From Opitutaceae bacterium (GTDB lineage: Bacteria > Verrucomicrobiota > Verrucomicrobiia > Opitutales > Opitutaceae): a stretch of DNA of 39,976 nucleotides. Both the position numbers and the translations under genes were made by a program. The stretch's first letter is position 1; each line of letters begins with the position of its first letter. Under the pieces are notes generated by a model, which did no database searches, was not told where the DNA came from, and saw only the letters and a list, made by a program, of their open reading frames with translations. The stretch is taken from positions 1-39,976 of the forward strand of contig DASWVO010000207.1 of the NCBI GenBank assembly GCA_036406235.1, in the 5' to 3' direction. This document shows, in pieces, positions 35,543 to 39,976 of this stretch.

Positions 35543-36364
35543 TTATCGGCGCGTGGCGGTCGCGCCCGCGGGCAAACCGATCGGGAGGAGAATATTCGCA
35601 CCGCTTCCTTCGGTGCCGCTGCCGCCAATCACGAGCGGGGCCTTGCCGTCCCATTTTTCCACGATCTGCAGTTGGATCAGGCCTGGGTTGTCGCGGATCG
35701 CCTCGGCGCGGATGCGAATGGCCTCGGCCTCGCCCTTGGCCCGGATGATTGCCGTGTCGGCTTCGATCTGGGTTTTTTGCTGCGTGAAACGCGCTTTCGC
35801 GGCCTCCTGCTCCTGCACCATCTTCGACTCGATCGCGGCCTCGAGCTCCTTCGAAAGCGTGATGTTCTCGAGCACGATGTCCTCGATCACGAGCAGCGAG
35901 CCGATCTTCTCGCGGGTGGCGGCGAAGGCCTTGCCTTTGATCTCTTCACGCTTCCGCACGATCTGCTCGGCGCTTTGCAACGCGGCGACCTCCTTCAGCG
36001 CCTCCTGAATGCGTGGCGCGATGAGGCTGTCGAACGGGTCGCCTGCATACTCCTGATAGATTCTCACGACGGAGCTCTCGGGGATGCGATAGAGCACGCG
36101 CAGCGCCACGTTCACCTGCTGCAGGTCGGACGAATAGCACTCCGACGAGAGCTCGCGCGTCTGTTGCCGGACGAGCACGGGCAGCACGTGGGAGATGAAC
36201 GGGGACTTGGTGCCGAAGCCCTCAGGCTTGAACTGCTCGCTCACCCTGCCGAGCGTCACCTGCACGCCGCGATAGCCCGGATCGATCACATAAGTCGATT
36301 GGGCTGCGGCCAGAACGAGTACGATGATGATGATTCCGAAGCCGACCAGTTTGGAGATATGCAC
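35543..36364 (-). CDS. SPFH/Band 7 (prohibitin-like) family protein
   Basis: N-terminal TM (GFGIIIIVLVLAAA), an SPFH core (YVIDPGYRGVQVTLGRV ... DLQQVNVALRVLYRI ...), and a coiled-coil C-terminus. The start codon is GTG at 36362-36364. Confidence 0.8.
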   Translation of the reverse strand: MHISKLVGFGIIIIVLVLAAAQSTYVIDPGYRGVQVTLGRVSEQFKPEGFGTKSPFISHVLPVLVRQQTRELSSECYSSDLQQVNVALRVLYRIPESSVVRIYQEYAGDPFDSLIAPRIQEALKEVAALQSAEQIVRKREEIKGKAFAATREKIGSLLVIEDIVLENITLSKELEAAIESKMVQEQEAAKARFTQQKTQIEADTAIIRAKGEAEAIRIRAEAIRDNPGLIQLQIVEKWDGKAPLVIGGSGTEGSGANILLPIGLPAGATATRR

Positions 36365-36462
36365 GGGGCGATGACATACTGCCCTGCCGCGTCCGGCAAG
36401 GACACAGCCCTTGCAATTTGGTGAAAGATTTGGAGCGCCTCGTCCGTTATATAGAGTAGGAC

Positions 36463-36939
36463 ATGATCGTGATTCGCACCCGGCATCTACTCGTGGACGG
36501 CGCCAATCTTCTCCACGCCTGGCCCGACCTGTGTGCGTTGACGCGGGCCGACCGCGCGGCGGCGCGCGCGCTGCTCGTACGACGCCTGGCGGTGCTCCAC
36601 GACCAGGCCGACTGGCGGGTCACCGTCGTGTTCGACGGCCGCGGGCCGGATCTCGTGGTCGAGACGATTGGCGGGCAACCAACCTTCGCGGCGGTGACGA
36701 CACCCGCCGCCCTCACCGCGGATGACGTGATCGAACAACTCGTCGGAAAAGCCGCGGATCCGGCGGGGTGCACCATTGCCACGGGTGATCGCGCCGAGGC
36801 GCAGACGGTCACAGCGCTGGGAGCGCAAACCCTCTCGCCGGCGGATCTCGCGGCCTGGATCGAGCGCGTCGCGGCGCGCCAGGACGCCCACCTCGACTCG
36901 TTGCGCCGCGACAACGACCATCGCTGGAAACACGCATGA
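36463..36939 (+). CDS. NYN-domain (YacP-like, predicted PIN-fold RNA-binding/RNase) protein
   Basis: LLVDGANLLHAWPDL ... VTVVFDG ... IATGDRAEAQTV follows the YacP/NYN pattern. Confidence 0.65.
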   Translation: MIVIRTRHLLVDGANLLHAWPDLCALTRADRAAARALLVRRLAVLHDQADWRVTVVFDGRGPDLVVETIGGQPTFAAVTTPAALTADDVIEQLVGKAADPAGCTIATGDRAEAQTVTALGAQTLSPADLAAWIERVAARQDAHLDSLRRDNDHRWKHA

Positions 36940-38207
36940 AGCCATCCTCTGTCGAGCCTACCGTCCTCCCAAGTGAGGTCGCTGAGATTCAGGGCCTGTA
37001 TGGTCCATTTTCGTTCCCGGAAAAGCTTCTGCAAAAGCTCTGGCTGCAGCGGGAATTCGACACGACGGCGCTGCGGACCGCCGACGGGCGCCGCGTCGAG
37101 ATTGTGCATCCGGGCCGGTGGAACCGCCTCGGCGGACCCGATTTTCACGAGGCCCGACTGCGTATTGGCGGAGTGGAGACAATCGGCGACATCGAGGTGC
37201 ATCTGCGCGCGACGGACTGGCAGGCGCACGGCCATGCGCGCGACGAGGCCTATGCAAGTGTCGTCCTCCACGTCGTGCTGTTTCCGCCCGGCGAACTCAC
37301 GACGCCGGGGTGGGGCGGGCGTCCGCTGCCGATCGCGGCGTTGCTGCCGCTTCTGCATCACGATCTCGAGGAATACGCGGCGGTCGAGGCGGTCGAGACG
37401 CTCGCGAACCGGCCGTCGCAGCGGATCCTCGAGCGTTTGGGCGGCCTCGCGCCCGACGCCGCGGACTCGGTGCTGCGCGGGCAGGCCCGCCAGCGCTGGG
37501 AACAGAAAGTCCATTTCGCGGGCCTGCGCCGCGAACGGCTGGGCTGGGAGGAGGCGTGCCACCACGCGGCGCTGGAAATTCTCGGCTATCGCTTCAATCG
37601 GGCCCCGATGTTGCAGCTGGCGACGACGCATCCGCTGCCGGTCTGGCGAAGCGGGCCGGCCTCGGTCGAACGGTTGCTCGCGGAGCAGTCCGATCGCTGG
37701 AGTTTACAGGGTGTGCGCCCGGCCAATCATCCACGTGTGCGTCTCGCTCAATACGCCCAGTGGACTCAGGCGCGGCCGGCGTGGCCGTCGGCCTTGCAGG
37801 CCTTGGAGACACCCGCCGTCGGCGCGGAGGCAACAACGGCCGCAGTGCGCCGATTGCATCGATTGGTACACTGGCGGGAGGCGGCGCGGGAGCGAGTTTG
37901 CGGAGACGCAGTGGGTGGGACCCGTTTCGATACGCTGATGTGCGATGGCTTGCTTCCGTTGCTGGCTGCGGCCGGAAAGGGCGGGGAAGCGGGTGGCGAC
38001 CTGTTCGGGTTGTGGTATCACTGGTTCCCCGGAGACCTGCCGACCTACATTCTGCAAGGCTTGCGGGACTTGGGCTTGGCGGGGAGTCGCGAACGCCCAT
38101 CCTGTCATGGGCTGGCGCAGGGCCTGCTCGGCTGGTTGCTCGCGCAAGAAAAGGCCGGAGCTGACGCGAGTTGTGCAACGCCGGTTTCTCCCGGGCGTGG
38201 GGCTTGA
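36936..38207 (+). CDS. DUF2851-family protein
   Basis: LLQKLWLQREFDTTALRTADGRRVEIVHPGRWNRLGGPDFHEARLRIGGVETIGDIEVHLRATDWQAHGHARDEAYASVVLHVV matches the conserved DUF2851 N-terminal block. ATG overlaps the upstream stop (ATGA). Confidence 0.7.
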   Translation: MKPSSVEPTVLPSEVAEIQGLYGPFSFPEKLLQKLWLQREFDTTALRTADGRRVEIVHPGRWNRLGGPDFHEARLRIGGVETIGDIEVHLRATDWQAHGHARDEAYASVVLHVVLFPPGELTTPGWGGRPLPIAALLPLLHHDLEEYAAVEAVETLANRPSQRILERLGGLAPDAADSVLRGQARQRWEQKVHFAGLRRERLGWEEACHHAALEILGYRFNRAPMLQLATTHPLPVWRSGPASVERLLAEQSDRWSLQGVRPANHPRVRLAQYAQWTQARPAWPSALQALETPAVGAEATTAAVRRLHRLVHWREAARERVCGDAVGGTRFDTLMCDGLLPLLAAAGKGGEAGGDLFGLWYHWFPGDLPTYILQGLRDLGLAGSRERPSCHGLAQGLLGWLLAQEKAGADASCATPVSPGRGA

Positions 38208-38268
38208 CAACGTTTTACGCCGGGGGCTACCGTCACCGGTTCAAACACAGTTCACTTTCCTGAAAAGT

Positions 38269-38292
38269 GGGCCTCCGGCCCGCTTTTTTTTT
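38269..38292 (+). terminator. intrinsic terminator-like hairpin (GGGCC-UCC-GGCCC) followed by a 9-nt U tract, 17 nt upstream of the nusA start codon; candidate attenuator
   Basis: Read directly: stem 38269-38273 / 38277-38281, then T9 at 38284-38292. nusA ATG is at 38309, leaving no room for a promoter in between. Confidence 0.5.
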
Positions 38293-38308
38293 CCGACAAA
38301 TCAGCCAT

Positions 38309-39541
38309 ATGAGCAGCGAAATTCTATCCGTCCTCGAGTACATGGAGAAGGAGAAGGGCATTGGGCGCGCCGACATGATCGCCGCGATCGTGAATGCCAT
38401 CAAGACGGCGGCCCAGAAGGGCGTGAATTCGGGGCAGGAGCTGAAAATCGAGATCAATCCGAAGAACGGACAATTGCATGCGTGGTCGGTGCTGAAGGTG
38501 GTCGATTCGATATCCGACCCGAAGACGGAGATTCATGTCGAGAAGGCGCAGGCAATCAAAGCCGGTGCGCAGATTGGCGACATCATCGAGAAGGAAATTG
38601 ATCCCTCCTACCTTGGCCGCATCGCCGCGCAGACGGCGCGCCAGGCGATCATGCAAAAGCTGCGGCAGTTCGAGAAGGATCGCATTTACGACGACTTCAA
38701 GGACATGGTCGGCAACATCGTGACCGGCACCGTCCGTCGCAAGGAGCGCAACGACATATATATCGACCTCGGCAAGGCCGAGGCGGTGCTGCCCGGCAAA
38801 GAGCAGGTCCCGGGAGAAGAGTACCAGGCCGGTGATCGCATCCGCTGCCTGTTGCTCGCGATCGAGAGCACGCCGCGCGGTCCCGAGCTCATCCTGAGCC
38901 GTGCCAGCCCGCGTTTTGTCCGCCGGCTGTTCGAGGTCGAGGTCACGGAGATCGCCGACGGCACCGTGAGAATCGAGGCGTTTGCCCGCGAGCCTGGCTA
39001 CCGCACGAAGATGGCGGTGATTTCGACCGACCCCAAAGTCGATCCGGTCGGGGCCTGCGTCGGCGCGCGCGGCGCCCGCGTGAAGACGATCGTGCGGGAG
39101 CTCAACGGCGAGAAGATCGACATCGTCAACTATTTTTCCGACCCGAAACAGATGATCGTCGAGGCCCTCAAGCCGGCGGTGCCGCGGGAAATTGTCCTTG
39201 ACGAAAAGAGTCGTCGGATTCTGTTGCGCGTTGCCAACGAAGATCTCGCGATCGCGATCGGCCGCAAAGGCCAGAACGCGCGCCTGACTTCTCGTCTCAT
39301 CGGTTGGAAAATCGACATCGAGGAGTACAAGGCGGTCGCCGTCAACGTGCAGGATGAGGCCACCAAGAAACTCGCCTCCACGCTCGGCATCGCGCCCGAT
39401 CTCGCGGGCCGCCTGATCAAGGCGGGTTTTGTCTCACTCGAGCTGTTCGAGGGAGTTGAAGCCGACGATCTCGAGGGCCAGGGTTTCTCCGCCGCCGAAG
39501 CGGCCGCGATTCTCGCCAAGGTCGCCGCGGTCCGCGGCTGA
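38309..39541 (+). CDS. nusA: transcription termination/antitermination factor NusA
   Basis: N-terminal domain ([14 protein letters not shown]...), S1 domain ([21 protein letters not shown]), two KH domains ([26 protein letters not shown]; [24 protein letters not shown]), and a C-terminal acidic repeat region. Confidence 0.93.
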   Translation: MSSEILSVLEYMEKEKGIGRADMIAAIVNAIKTAAQKGVNSGQELKIEINPKNGQLHAWSVLKVVDSISDPKTEIHVEKAQAIKAGAQIGDIIEKEIDPSYLGRIAAQTARQAIMQKLRQFEKDRIYDDFKDMVGNIVTGTVRRKERNDIYIDLGKAEAVLPGKEQVPGEEYQAGDRIRCLLLAIESTPRGPELILSRASPRFVRRLFEVEVTEIADGTVRIEAFAREPGYRTKMAVISTDPKVDPVGACVGARGARVKTIVRELNGEKIDIVNYFSDPKQMIVEALKPAVPREIVLDEKSRRILLRVANEDLAIAIGRKGQNARLTSRLIGWKIDIEEYKAVAVNVQDEATKKLASTLGIAPDLAGRLIKAGFVSLELFEGVEADDLEGQGFSAAEAAAILAKVAAVRG

Positions 39542-39611
39542 GTTCTTTCTTTTCCGGCTCCCGCACTCGCATCTCTATATTTTTTCCGCGCCCAACGCCT
39601 TTACCTGACTG

Positions 39612-39976
39612 ATGAGCATCCGCATTCACGAACTCGCCAAGCGACACAACATGGACAGCAAAGACCTGCTGGCCCTGCTGAAGGAGCGCGGCTACGTGTC
39701 CCCCGACACGAAATCGGTCTCCAGCACCGTCAGCAAGATTTACGAGGAGGAGATTGATAAGGAGTTCGCGCAAAAAGCCGCCACCGCCGAACAGCCCGGA
39801 GCCGCCACCGCGGAGTCAACCGCCGAGACGGCCGCCCCCGCGGCAGCACCGCAGGTGAGGCTGCCCGCCGGCGTGTTCGTAAAGTCAAAGGAAGACGTGG
39901 CGCGTGAACGCGAGGACGCCGTCAAAGCCAAGGCTCCTGCGCCCGTTGTGATGCCTCCGCCAGCGCCGCGCCCTGT
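39612..39976 (+). CDS. infB: translation initiation factor IF-2 (5' partial, runs off window)
   Basis: MSIRIHELAKRHNMDSKDLLALLKERGYVSPDTKSVSSTVS is the typical IF-2 N-terminal domain, followed by an Ala/Pro-rich linker. It sits downstream of nusA as in the canonical operon. Confidence 0.85.
   Translation, partial: MSIRIHELAKRHNMDSKDLLALLKERGYVSPDTKSVSSTVSKIYEEEIDKEFAQKAATAEQPGAATAESTAETAAPAAAPQVRLPAGVFVKSKEDVAREREDAVKAKAPAPVVMPPPAPRP

Noticed and set aside
36411-36465. A TTGCAA and TATATA pair upstream of the NYN gene as a sigma-70 promoter giving a leaderless mRNA.
   Set aside because: The spacing between the candidate -35 and -10 hexamers (about 31 bp, or 12 bp for an alternative -35) does not fit a sigma-70 promoter. 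This is too speculative without TSS data.

Overview
The window is GC-rich (roughly two thirds G+C), densely coding bacterial chromosome. Its gene content points to Verrucomicrobiota (Opitutales-like) or Acidobacteriota: a duplicated ADOP/FtsX permease, DUF1080, a sulfatase, a TonB-dependent transducer with FecI/FecR, and GAF-GspE. I support 31 protein-coding genes (two partial) and one tRNA. Left to right they are: a 3' CDS fragment; a DUF2293-like protein (-); an ADOP-family ABC permease (+); a YciI-like protein (+); smc (+); two tandem paralogous membrane-anchored TPR-like proteins (+) and an arginase-fold hydrolase whose ATG overlaps the second paralog's stop codon (+); a GAF-domain GspE/PilB-type ATPase (-); a YraN-family protein (+); a zwf-opcA-pgl pentose-phosphate operon (+); a Host_attach/baeRF-like protein (-); a carbohydrate locus made of GH105, DUF434 and DUF1080 genes (+) converging on a minus-strand operon of ECF sigma, FecR anti-sigma, an STN-domain TonB-dependent transducer and a large GH106-like hydrolase; a small divergent ORF; a sulfatase (-); a GntR-HTH/LacI-type regulator (+); a ~690-bp non-coding region holding about eight degenerate 21-bp tandem repeats; tRNA-Ser(UGA) (-); an SPFH/prohibitin gene with a small 2-TM partner (-); an NYN/YacP-like gene, a DUF2851 gene, nusA and the 5' end of infB (+). 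Many long ORFs in the six-frame track are antisense artefacts of the GC-rich composition. The items I rate most worth a second look are the smc-linked tandem TPR paralogs with their coupled arginase-fold enzyme, the 21-bp repeat array next to the tRNA, the orphan GAF-GspE ATPase with a palindromic operator, the ECF/FecR/transducer-driven glycan-utilisation locus, and a terminator hairpin plus U-tract 17 nt before the nusA start. No CRISPR array, integrase or transposase was seen.
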